DNA of 57,860 nucleotides, counting the filler, from Sphacelaria rigidula (Eukaryota), in the NCBI GenBank assembly GCA_964200075.2. It is 5 parts of 5 records of this genome, joined end to end, with 100 filler letters (N's around TTAATTAATTAA, not from the genome) between each part and the next. Parts side by side here need not be neighbours in the genome. Positions count along the whole stretch, not along the records: positions 34,779 to 46,269 come from CAXNAA020004868.1; positions 46,370 to 57,860 come from CAXNAA020004869.1; 3 more parts are not named here. One strand, 5' to 3'. Below are positions 35,967 through 47,740 of this stretch, in pieces (the first letter of the stretch is position 1; each line of letters begins with the position of its first letter). The position numbers and the translations under genes are program-made. The notes below the pieces were generated by a model. That model saw only the letters and a program-made list of their open reading frames with translations, was not told where the DNA came from and did no database searches.

Positions 35967-38900
35967 CTATGGAAAAAAGAATCGTCGCGGCCGCTTCCCC
36001 TCGCGCCCGCCCACCCCTCTATGCCGCCTCAAATCCGTTCTCGGCACAACCTCATTTTCCCCCACAACTGCTACCGCGTCCCCGCCCCCACCACCGTCCG
36101 CCGCCGGCGCAGCCTGCACACGCGCTGGTGACGCCGATCTGGACCTAGACCTCCCGATCTCCGCACCACAGCGCGCCGCCCCGAGGTCGCCCGACAAGCC
36201 ACTGCTACCACCGCCGCCGCCAGCACTGCTTATCGCTCCCCAACTCGCGGCTGTACCACAGCTGACGGCTCCGGCGCTGGAAGCAGACGTCGCCCCGCCG
36301 GCGGGGATGAATCGGATGCCGACGAGGGGCGAGTTCGGGTCGGGCGACGCCGACATGCACGCGGAACCCGCGCCCCCGCCGCCCCCGCCCGTCCTCGAGC
36401 AGGCCGACATTGTGGAGTCCGACCACGACCACGCTAAAGGGACGCCCGCCGCCGACGCACCTGGATCGCGGGGTGGCAGCGAGGGCAGCGTGCCAGACCC
36501 AGATGATAGCGGCAGTGTGCCGGACCCAGACCCGCCCCCTGTCGCATGCATCAACTGGGAGCGCAGAGAAAAGGGTGAAGATGACAGGACCGACGAGGGG
36601 GAGATGGACGAGGATCGCCCTGCCGGGGACGGAGGCGTGTACGGCTGCGGTGGGGGCGCGTATGGTCGCATCGGGGGGGGCAGAAGCTCTAGAACGAGAT
36701 GCAACAACGGCGGCCGTACCGCCGACGACAGCGGAGAGGTAGAGTCCGAAGAATAATAGCTAGTTGGAGACAAGACATGCTCCGTATGTTGCGACCCCGA
36801 CGTGGCGGGCCCCCGGCGTGACGATGACGACGTTACCGTCAGCGAGGGAGGCGACAGTGTTGCCGACGGGACCGCATTCGGGGTCAGCGACAGCCCTCGC
36901 TTCAACCCTCGTTGTGATGACAGCTCAGGAGAGAGGACCGGCATCTCTGTGCCCCACGCTGGGGCGCGCGCCGGTAACGCGTGTGCGGGAAGCCCCCGTT
37001 TCGGTGTAGGTTGCATTGTGTGCGGCGGCTGCGGCGCTGATTGCGCCGGCGCCGCATGGGTAACCTTCCGCTTTGGGTATGCCGGAGCCGGGGTTGGTGC
37101 CGTACGACTTCGCGGGCGACGCCGCGTCGGATTGGCGGTATCTTGCCTACTGTGCGTTTCGGCTGTTCGTCCAAGCGGCACTTGCCGGTCTGGAGTTGTT
37201 ATCCTTTCCGGCGGAGTCCGGGGTTGCGGTTTAAGTGTTCGTGTGGTGAGCGGCGAAGTCGGCGAGGAAGCCGAAGAAGACGGCAAGGTGCGCCCCGGTT
37301 GTGCATGTGGGTCTTCTGCGCTTGCTCGCTGCCCAGCGCCGCCCCCACCACATCCAACGTCGTCCTTCACATCATCCCCTCCAGCTGCAGCGGGTGGTCG
37401 CTGCTGGCTTCCCACTTCAACCGCCGGCGGTACACTCAACGGCGTTGATGGCCGAGACGCATCCGACCCGTCGTCGAGCATCAGACAACGGGACGGCGAG
37501 CGTACAGGCGCTGGTGCGAATTGATATGGGGGGCTGTACCCCAACGACGGGCTAGACGCCGAAGACGCCGGCGCTGGTGGACTCTGAAGATCCTCGCCGA
37601 AATTATGTCTATTTTCAGTGGCTATCGTATCGACGGCAGCTCGCCGCGGGTGCGGCGGCGAGACACTCAACGGCAACGGCGCTTCCGCCTGCATGAGCAC
37701 CTCCGACGAGTTTTCAGCAACACCATGATCCCCAGGCGGAGACATCATTAGCGAATCAACAGCCACCCAGAATCCGTGCGCCGCCAGCCCCGCCTCGCCA
37801 CCAACCCCAGAAGACCAACAAGTAGTACCACTGTCCCTTGGATCCGAACAATCGGACGCTGAGTGCGGGGTCGAAGGTGCCGGTTGGGGCTGCGCGGAAC
37901 GCTGCCGTCGTGCCGCGGAGGGAGCACGAGTTGGGGCAGTCACCCACACACCTTGGGCCCCCAAGGAAGCATTCGCGATACTTGCCGAGAATGCATCGTC
38001 GTCATCTTTCCCCCCACAATCCATGCCTCTCGCCGACGCCGACGCCGAGACCGAGAGCGGCGCAGCGCTTCGAGAGCGGTAACTACCTTCGTCATCAACA
38101 ATGACCTCGCTCCCCTTCCTTTCTCCCCTGCCGGTATCCGCAGCAGTAGTCGAACCACCGGCAAATTCTTCCTCTCCATTTGGTGGACGATGCGGCGATC
38201 GAGATTCACTAGGCAACGTAGACACCGCCAGCGGTGACACAGGCGACGGCAGCACCGGGCCACCGACTGAACCCACCGATGAATCATCCGAAGCGACGGA
38301 AACCTTCTCCTCGATTCCCGCCAACCTGGAACGAGCAAACCCTATCCCTATCCCTATCCCTAATTCCCGCGCTCCCACACCCTTCCCAGTCCCGCTAGCC
38401 TTCGAGCTCCAGTCCCCTACCCCGCCAGCCTTGAGTCCCGCCTCAGCGCGCGCCAAAACGTCCGTGATGAGTTTCTCCGATGTAACCTCCCCGGGAGGAG
38501 ACACCATCGACGGTGCAACTGTAGAACGCTGGGGAGACCTTCGCCACGGCGCCCACGGTGTGGGCGGCGGCCGCTTACAAGACGACGGCGCAGAAGGCAA
38601 GGGTGAGGGAGAGTGCTCTTCGAGGGAAGGGAACGACTTTTTTGTTGGAGAGTTATGCAGAGGAGGCACCGGCGCTTGCGGGAGCGGTGCCGGAGGAGGT
38701 ATGGGTGGGGGCGCAGGATCCGGTAGACTGGGCGTCCGTGTGCCGCTGTGGAAAAGAGACGAGTGTACAGTCATCGATAGCGTGGACGGTGTCCTGGTGT
38801 TTCCTTCTTCGGAAGAGGATGGGTCGCCCTTTTCGATATCCTGAGTTGGTGGAGGGTCAAAAGGGGAGGGGGGAGACAGGGTGCCATGAGTTCATGTGCC

Positions 38901-41900
38901 GTAGTAAACAAGACATGTTCATATGCGATGGATGCTGATAGATAACAGTCGTACATCATGCCGAATGTTTCGAGATTCGTTCAGCTGGTTGCATGAGGGA
39001 CACCACCTTCACCTTGCATACTTTACTCATCAAACTCCACGGGTGCGGGCGAGGGGGCGTGCGAGCGGGGGGGGGGGGAAGGAGGGGGGAAGGCATCAGA
39101 GGACGTGTGGGGCGGGGAAAGGGTTACGAGTGTGGAGTGCACGGGAAGGATGGGATAAGGAGAGTAAGGAACAACGTGAAGCAAAAAAGTAGGGGGTGAC
39201 AATGAGGCAAAATAATGGGGGAGAAGAAGGGAGAAAAATGAGTAAGACGCGCAGTCTGGCCATGCGACCGAACGACTTTACAGTCGTGCACTACATAACG
39301 GGATTCAACTTTGCATCCACGACACCAACCACGACGTCTACTCGCGGTATCAAACCTGCGTAGCCGAAACACCACACCCCGTCTCCCGGCCACGGCACCG
39401 CATCAAACAATAAATGAGACCATGGTACACGGAAGACTTTCACCAACAGACTACCTCTTTCGGTCTCGGATAGTTATGCCTTTGCCTGTAACACCTACAC
39501 CGACAGGAAGATAATCACGCCGACATCATCACCGCAAGAAAAGCTACCGCTCTACAGATCACCTTCACCTCTTCGGCTAACCAAGGCAACGGCGAAGCAG
39601 GACCCCAGCCTGCAGTATCGGCGGGAGAGATGAGCCCCAGGGAATGCTGGCTGGTCACGTCACTCCGCTTGCTCAAGCTGCGCAGCCACGACGTTATGAG
39701 CACAAAACGCGCAGATAACCGAATTTTACATCGTGAGGAATTGAAACAAAAAAAAACGCACACACACACGGTTGAGACCTTCACGCAATTCTCTCCTTCA
39801 CATTCACCAGCATGACCTCCCGGAGGGAGTAATTATGTCACTACGCAACTCCGACAGTCGCGATCGTACGAACTTGTAACCAATCGTGGTCGATTTCATG
39901 GAATACGGACAAGAACTCGACACGAGGTCATGACACTCTACAGCATGTCAGCATTAGGGCCATACCAAAGGCCGACCGGGAAATGGGGACAGGCGGGGTT
40001 TTTGGTAGATAACCTATATTTACGTCGCAGATTGTTATCAGACTAGCAAACGTGGCAAATGCAAACGATCGACGCAAGCATCATAGCACACAAGTGTATG
40101 CTGCTCGGTTTTTTATTAAGCGAAGACAGACGCCATGAAGACTTGTGTACGAAACAATCTTTTTCAGGCGGAGGGGTGGGGAAACAAAAAAAAAAATGCG
40201 CCAAACTACAAGAAAAAATTGTGGCGGAACTCTTCTACTCGAAATGCTACATATCGTTGGAGGATGACACAAAGTGCCGTTTGAGTAGCGGCGCTGAGAA
40301 CGGCAGTAATAGCAAAAAAGACGGCAGCTGGACGGAGAAAGATCGGCCAGTCGAACATAGGGATTTCGAAGTACTCTAGGGATAATCGTTCTCACATGTT
40401 TTTTTTGGGCGTACACACTGTGCCGGCGGGGCGGCTCAAGCCGGATGATTCTGGGCACCCCGAGCTTGAATCTGTGTTTGTGCGGTCAATGCTTGGACGC
40501 GGATGCGCGGACAAATGCACGACTTTTCTCTGGGAGGGAACATGCATCCTCCAAAACTCCCCAAAACGATGCCTGGTTTGATCGCGATAGGGGGAAAAAA
40601 AACGACCACCGCCATTACACGTAGTGTGTCGACACATACGGAGAGGGGGGGGGGAGGCAAGGGCGAGTGGGTCGTGGACACAGTTACAACATCCATTCAA
40701 TGTCCTTCTCTCCTTGATCCATCATGATGCACGGGACAAAGGAGGCGTTTTTCGTGACGGGGACAAGATTAGAAGTCACGTTACGACAAGAGCCAGCGAA
40801 CACCAACGCAAAGGCTACCACGATTCGGGAGCTCTAACCCGTCGTGTGCGTCATTCTTACGTGCCCCCCCCGCCCCCCAATCATTCAAGCCTTCAATTTA
40901 CTCATGTGCCGTAGCTGGGCCAGACAGCCCTCCTCACTCTTAGACCAGAGACTCGTTGCAAAAAACGCCACACGCGTATCGTGAATCGGGGGTCACGAGA
41001 GAATCCGGGCAGCGGGATAGGGAGGGGGCGGAGCGGGGGCGGAAGAGTACAAGATGCATCGCGGTGGATCCTTCACTGCGGGTTTTTGGTGACGTAGTTC
41101 ATAGCAGCAGTTTTGACCAACCGTGTCCATCGATGCCGCATGGCAGCGGCCAAAACGTTAGTTGTGTCATTGAGTTTGACCTCCATATTCCGCGGGCACT
41201 AGTCATTATCCACAGAGCTTTCCAAGTAGCCGCGCGTCCTCTACTCCGACTCCTTTTCCGACTGGTTAAATCTCAGAGGGGCACGGTGAGGTCGTCTGCG
41301 TCGCACCATCATTTTCCGGGCAAAAACCATACCGATTCCAAAGACGACCCCCCCCCCCCCCCTCTTGTGGTCGAAGGGTTCGCGGGCCGCTATGCGCACC
41401 GGTAATAAACTCATCAACAGTGCCCATCTCATCACCCGTAGGTATGAGATCTTGGAGTCTCGGTTGTAAATGCATCTTCGTAAAATGCAGCCCACAAAAA
41501 ACAGAGAGCAACACAACGACTCACCTTCCCGTAGCCGTTGAGGTGGTCCAACGGTCGGATCTCGAGGCGTTGGAACTGCTGCCTAGGATGCCGTTGCTGC
41601 CTCCGCTGGTACCCACAGCCTTCGGCATCAACTTTGCCTGCGATGAACCCAGAATATTTGAACAGCAGCGGGAGCACATTAAGTATTTCGACTCGTTTGG
41701 TCGGGGCACATAGTGGTGATGCGCGTAAGTAGTTCATACGAAAATCTTGAAAGAACAACACGCTGGAGTTAAGGTACGGATACTGCGGTGCGCTCAGGCT
41801 ATTGAAAAATTACAACAGCAAACAAAGTCGCGTCCTGGGTGACTTGAAAGTACTGCTCGTAATCCGCCACCTATATATATATGTATATGAATATATGTAT

Positions 41901-44900
41901 TTCAAAGTCCGCATTCGAGCTGGGCCAGATTAAAAGCGGGTAAAAGTTGCCCCCACCACAGCTTTCCCAGTTTCCCGCATGAACCCGATGTAAGCATATC
42001 ACTGTGAACAGCAGACCCACCTGATGACAGGGGACTACGTCGCTGTTCGATCGGCGTCTTATTGCCGATGACGTTATTGTACTGCAGAGAGTACGGAGTG
42101 CGTCTGATATCGTTGAGCGATAGTGTGTCGGAGTGCATTTATTTTTTCATTTTTGATGCGGTGGACGACCACTCGGCTGGGCACGCCAAGTTCCGTGAGG
42201 GCGGTCTGCATGTGCCGAACATGAACATGAAGTGGGGGGGTAAGCAGAGGAAGCTTTCGGATACATGAATTACCGAAGGGTGTCTGGGCGACGGAGAGGC
42301 AAAATGCAGTCCGACGGTGAGAAGTGGAACACTAAGGACGTGGCGGGCGTCACGAAAGCGACTAAGAGCTTGAAACCGGAGGTGGATGAAGTGTTCAGGT
42401 TTTGCTTTACCGCGGATGATCCGCCTCCGTTTCACGATTGCAGCGCCCTCAAGCCCTCGAGTCCCAGGTCGTGACGAGGACGAAGACAGGTCGCCAGGCG
42501 TCGCAGGGGCAGGGTCCAGGAGGGGAGAGCGGTGGACACCAAGAAGAAGGAGGTGATGAGCGTGAATGGCAGGAGAAGGATGTACACGTCGGCTACGTTG
42601 CTGCAGCAAAGGGCATCACGCATGTGTGGTGGGAACGGGGATTGTGGCAGCCGGGGATGTCTTCGGGAGACAATGCACCTGCTACCCTGAACCGAAGGGT
42701 ATGACATATATACATGAGTAGTGCACTCGCTGGGATATTCGTCATCATTTGTGACACACAGACGGTGCAGTTGGGATTGTTTTCATATATAATCTAGTAT
42801 GGGACAAAATCGGAACAGAAACAAGTGCACTGCCTGTATATATATATACAACTGCACCGTCTGTGGGTAACGGACGACTTATTTTTATTATTTTCATATA
42901 CATTTTAATATAGGACAATCGGAACAGAAACAAGTGCACTACCCATGTATACATGTCATAACCTTTGCCCTGAACGCCGCAACCATCCTCGAAAATTTGA
43001 CTTCAAGTAGGACAAGTTTGCGCTACAGACTGCGGTGGAGAGCCGCGGTCACATCCTACTGCTGTCGCCGAAGTTTCACCCGGAAATTGCCGGGGTGGAG
43101 ATCGAGTATTCCCAGGGCAAATCGAAAAAGAAATTTCGACGCGACATCAACGACGAGTAGCAGGGCCATCTCCGCACCAACATAGCCAAGTCCCTGTGCA
43201 CGACGACAATCCTCACGGTCGAACGGATACGCCAGTTTGCACGCCGCACGCGAAAATTTTGTCGGGCATACCTGGCGCTAGACCAGAGGGGGGTGGTCGA
43301 CAGCGAGGACGCCATCGAAAAGATGCGGAAGGTATCAATAGCGCACCAAAACTTCATCGACTTGGACCCGGCCTTCATCGACCGCCAGTGAAAGCATATC
43401 TCGTGCGAAACGGTGGGGGCGCGGGTTGAACATGTGCGCTTGTGGAAGCGGCCGAGAGGGAACGGGGGGTTATGATCATGGTTTTGCGTGCCATAGTCAT
43501 GAGACCATTGCCGGGGGGCGGGGGGAAAGGGTGAGTTGCCCATGTATGTGATGGGGATGCTGATTCCCGGTGACTGGGGGCGTTCATGTGTTTCGGCGAA
43601 CACGCGCAAGATTTCAGAACTACCAGACCTGCGGCGTCATACGGGATGGTCGTTGTAGACAGGGATGTTGGTTGTAGGACGCGTGTCGTCATTACGCCGA
43701 CTGAGGGTGCGTACGTACAGTATGAATAATGATGATTCAAGATTTGCATTCCGACCAGCGTTCGTTGGTACTGTTTGTCCCACGGAATACCATGTGTCCT
43801 CAACGGATATGTGGATAAGTGCGCTCTGATGTTTTACGTGAATCGCGCACATTGTTCAGGCATTCGCGGCGATAGGAATGCATGTATATGGTGGTCCAAG
43901 TTCGTCGGAATTTCAACCGTCCCCTTTCTCGGGACGAGCCCGTAGTATGGACAAAGTAACCCTTGGGCCCGTGATCCAGCGTTACATCTTCTCCTCACGT
44001 GCCATGTTCGGAGGCCATTTGTCACGCGAGCGGAGGTCCTCCTGCCGTTCAAAACATTTTTCAACACCGTAAGACCAAGCTCTGCCACGAAATTTTGCTG
44101 AATTGGCCTTGCCCGCGTCACGGTGGGTTATGCTTCGTTCGCAAGCCTATCTCCAAACACGAGATTCCGTAAGGTGTGCATCACGTGAGTTTCCAGTATG
44201 AGTCTTCGGGGCGGTCATCTTGCTCAAAATGTTTGCGAAAAACAACTGGAAAAGTATTGGACACCTGTCATGCGCGGCTTCGCTCATTCAACGAAAACAC
44301 CATCCGCAATTAGTGTAAGTCCGTCGTTTCTCCGAAGAAATGGCCTCCCTTGACTCGCGTGGAAGATCTTTGTACACAGGGTCAACATATTCCGTTGAGC
44401 GTAGGATTTCCACAATCCCGATTTTTTTTTTTTTTACAAAGGCCCTGGGAACCTCCATAAGCACCGGAATGTTTGTCGACAAAAAGCATGCCAATGTACT
44501 TTCCGCGCGTGATGTTTGGCCCCGCTCGTGTGAAAACAGATGCATCCGCGCTTTTTGACATGCCATGCACTTCTTTTCGATATCCACGTGCGTTGATGCG
44601 CGTGGGATAACATCATTCACGTCTTCAATAAGAGTACAACCACGTCAAGACGGGACTTTATCGATTGCGGAGGGATTCTTCTTCATGGTGCACTTGTACA
44701 AACCCCGTCTTCAGCACTTTTGTATACCCTGAGAACCCCCCCCCCCCCTCCCCACAACCAACGATGAACTTACTTGGTCTCAGAGAACCCAGTTCAGGTA
44801 CGAGTACTTTCGTCCCCATTCTTGTTTCGTACGGGACTTTGTGTGGTGTTCTACTTTATATACGATTTTGTAAACCGTGAGAAATACCCTTCTCCGGGCG

Positions 44901-46140
44901 GCCCAAAGTGATTAAAATGGAGTGGGGATCCCGGATTTGTGTTTGTGCGCCCCGGGATGATGCAAAAAAAAACTGCCATGGCGGAAAAAAGATTGTCTCG
45001 GGATTCGAACCTGTGACCTCAGTGATTGGAGTCGGCTCCATTTCTTTGACCACTGGGGTCCAGCAGTATCATGCAAAATGTTGCACGCGCGGCCCAATTC
45101 GACGACTCTTGAGCTGAAATTTCACGAAGCCCTTCTACACCCAAGGGAATGATACATCCCGGGAGCACCTGGAGATTCTCCTTTTTTCCGTGGATTTATG
45201 ATAGCGTCTTATTTTTGTTTGTCGCGCTTCAACTGACCCCCCAGGGGTCCAGCCGTGGTCTCATGCAGTAGACCTTACGAACTGAACGTAAACAATGGTT
45301 GGTACTCGATTTTACTTGATTTCAGACTGGACAAAGTTTTGAGAAAATTCATGTTCTGCGGTATGTGAGCAGTGGTGAGCAGTAGACCCAGCTCGTCCAA
45401 AACGTGTGTTCGTCCACAATCGGCTCAAAGGCGTCGATTTGAGCTCTGGCAACGCTCACTTTGCCAAGGGAATACTCTGCATCCCCTTGCCCGAGGGTTC
45501 TCGGTGTGCCTTAGTCGGGGTTAGGGTTAGGGTTAGCGCTAGAATTGGCGGCATCTTCATTGTACCAACCATTGCTCACGTACAGTTCGTCAGGTCGCCT
45601 CGTCTCATGATAGACGTGCCCAAGAAAAACGAAACTGGAACACGCTCTGAAGAAAAGAAGGAACTTGACGAAAAAAGAAGTCTAACAGAACGACTATGAG
45701 CATCCACATTTTGGGTTTTGGCACTTGAACTCTTCACAAAACCAAAGAGCACAATTCATCATGAAACTGCAAGCACACCGCACGTGAACGTCCCATGAGA
45801 CACGCAAACATACCGTTACGACGCCAACTGCGTTACCCGTAAGTCAGACACAAAACATTCGAGACAATTGAGCAGAAAGAGCATTAGGTGTTCCTCGGCG
45901 TTGTCCCAAGCAACAAGACGAAGCTTCACACGGAGAGCAAAATTTTAAAATATCAACATAAGATACCCATTCCCCCCTCCGGACATCCCGCTGACCTTTT
46001 TGAGAGCCTCCATCTCGGCCTCGTCCCTTTCCGCCTTGCTGAGCACCTTCTGCAAAGCCTCGCTCTGCTGAAACCGTCCGTTGCACACGACTTGCATGCG
46101 ATGCAACACCTCGGCAGTAGCCTCTTCGAAGATGTTATAC
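35967..46140 (-). CDS. 3' part of an RGS (regulator of G-protein signalling) domain protein with a long Ser/Pro/Gly-rich tail; exons 46140-45996, 41637-41525, 39677-39569, 38840-35967
   Basis: GT-AG introns with compatible phases (0,2,0). YNIFEEATAEVLHRMQVVCNGRFQQSEALQKVL fits the RGS C-terminal helices (F..AQ..I..LM..DSY.RF..S..Y..L). The last exon is a 958-codon open frame ending in TAG. Confidence 0.75.
42150..43391 (+). pseudogene. Degenerate IS630-Tc1-mariner-type transposase in the RGS gene intron
   Basis: Motifs DHSAGHAKFREGGLHVPNMNMKWGGKQ, KGITHVWWERGLW and DFK*DKFALQTAVESRGHILLLSPKFHPEIAGVEIEYSQGKSKKKFRRDIND, broken by stops, frameshifts and a MITE insertion. Confidence 0.8.
42693..42967. 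mobile_element. 275-bp hAT-type MITE inserted in the Tc1-like transposase
   Basis: Perfect 8-bp TSD CCCTGAAC (42685-42692 and 42968-42975); ~35-bp imperfect TIRs CGAAGGGTATGACATATATACATGAGTAGTGCACT and CAAAGGTTATGACATGTATACATGGGTAGTGCACT. Confidence 0.92.
44991..45064 (-). mobile_element. tRNA-derived SINE head (degenerate)
   Basis: The minus strand shows an A-box-like TGGACCCCAGTGG and a B-box GGTTCGAATCCC, with no intact acceptor stem. Confidence 0.55.
45266..45601. mobile_element. 336-bp hAT-type MITE carrying a short (TTAGGG)n tract
   Basis: Perfect 8-bp TSD GTCTCATG (45258-45265 and 45602-45609) and ~40-bp imperfect TIRs. The uninterrupted host repeat is seen at ~25224-25350. Confidence 0.88.
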
Positions 46141-46269
46141 CTGAAGAAGCAATATTAATCGAAACACCCAAAAAGGTTGTTAGTAACGGGAATGGTGATG
46201 AGCCCGTGGGGGAGGACGGGGGGGGGGGGGGCGAACTCATGATCATGGCTGCCATAGCCATCAAGCCAT

Positions 46270-46369
46270 NNNNNNNNNNNNNNNNNNNNNNNNNNNNNNN
46301 NNNNNNNNNNNNNTTAATTAATTAANNNNNNNNNNNNNNNNNNNNNNNNNNNNNNNNNNNNNNNNNNNN
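46270..46369. other. Artificial contig linker
   Basis: N44-TTAATTAATTAA-N44. Confidence 0.97.
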
Positions 46370-46638
46370 CAATGGTCTGATGACTATGGCATGCATGATC
46401 ATGAGTACACCCCCCGCCCCTGCTCCATCCTCTTATCAAGAGAAGGGCATTTGCTTATGCACGTGGTTGCCGGCGAATATTTCATCGTCAGACTGCGGAC
46501 ATGAGCAAGAGGGCTGATAAAATGTAATTGTTTTCCCTTCTCCGTCATCCCTACCCCCTCCTTCCCCTTCTGCCCTCGCAATGATTGTTTTCTACCCTTC
46601 TTCGCTTCTTTGCTTCTTTTTTAATTCATACTTTGTAG

Positions 46639-47709
46639 CGAGGAAGTTTATTCTCCCATCGGGAGTGCCGGAGGCTGTTAGCAAGGCTGCGTCGAGGCGC
46701 ATCAGACCGTGCTACGTGTGCAAGCGTAGGGGCGGAGTGACAGTTCGCTGTGTTCGTCAAGGATGCAAGAAGAGGCAAGCAAATTGTTCGAAGAAATTGT
46801 TTCTTCCTCCCTCCTCCTTGAAAGCAGCGACACCAGAAAATAAAGCAACTCATCGGGGCCTGTCATCCAAACGCAAGATAATCAGTACGCTCCGGACCGA
46901 ATACTCTCAACAGAATGCACCTCACCCTTGATGCGACTCGCCGAACACATCACGGCGCTTCGCGCTTGTTGATTGATTGCGAGCCTGGCCCCGCGAAGAC
47001 TCGGCGTGCTCCATCCCGGCTTTTGTAGGAATGCGATGCCAATAATCACATGACTGTGGCATGCGAGATGAGCACACCTCCCTTCTTTTGGAAACAACTA
47101 AACGAGGCGGAAGAAAAAAAATAACGGTAAAAATACTGTGAGCATGTGCAGCAATGAAGGTATAAAAAAGAGATGGAAAAATTTCCGTTTTTTTATTTAC
47201 CTCCAACCTTTCCACGTTTTTTTCTCCTCCAATCCAATTTACTCGATTTAGTCCCCCCGATATTGTCTGTCTCATGTTCTTCGATTTCTGCTCTCGAATT
47301 CATCCGGGCCTATCTTCTCACTTCGGTTCTAGATCTCCCCTTCACCATGTTCAAGCCCTCTCATCTTTTTTTGTCCCTTCAACGTCCTCGTCGCATCTTC
47401 CGATCCGTTCCGCTTTATCCGTGAAAATATATCATTATTTTGACTGATGACCCCCGCATCAATACGTGTGTACGCAAACAAAATTGTAGGTTCCATCCCC
47501 TGTGCGGGGCGGTAGAAGCGGCAAAGATCCAGGAGGAGAATGACCAAGTTGTGGGGCTGGGTGCCGATCTCACGATCTTGTGCGCAGAGCACATGGCACA
47601 GGCGAGTTGTCCCACACTGCTGCCTCCTCTCCACAAACTCGCTTGGAACATGAAATGATCGTCAACCACCCGGAAAAAAGTATGTATGTTCCGCTCATAC
47701 CGATTTTTA

Positions 47710-47740
<31 letters not shown>

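Noticed and set aside
36307-38844. Long + strand ORFs (36307-36756, 36802-37524, 38101-38844)
   Set aside because: Antisense shadows of the GC-rich 958-codon minus-strand exon.
43637-43852. Fanzor/TnpB nuclease next to the Tc1-like transposase (NAGRN resembles the RuvC-III D.NAA.NI motif)
   Set aside because: The catalytic Asp, the paired CxxC zinc finger in the right position, and the RuvC-I and RuvC-II motifs are absent.
45518-45537. Telomere
   Set aside because: Only about three TTAGGG units, internal to a MITE in an intron.
46370-46415. Hammerhead ribozyme suggested by CTGATGA in repeat family A
   Set aside because: No downstream GAAA or stem III, and other copies read CTTATGA or CTCATGA.
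45996-46774. Divergent RGS and PHD gene pair, and an apparent inverted repeat spanning the gap
   Set aside because: The two sides are separate contigs joined by an artificial linker; both simply end in the same high-copy repeat.
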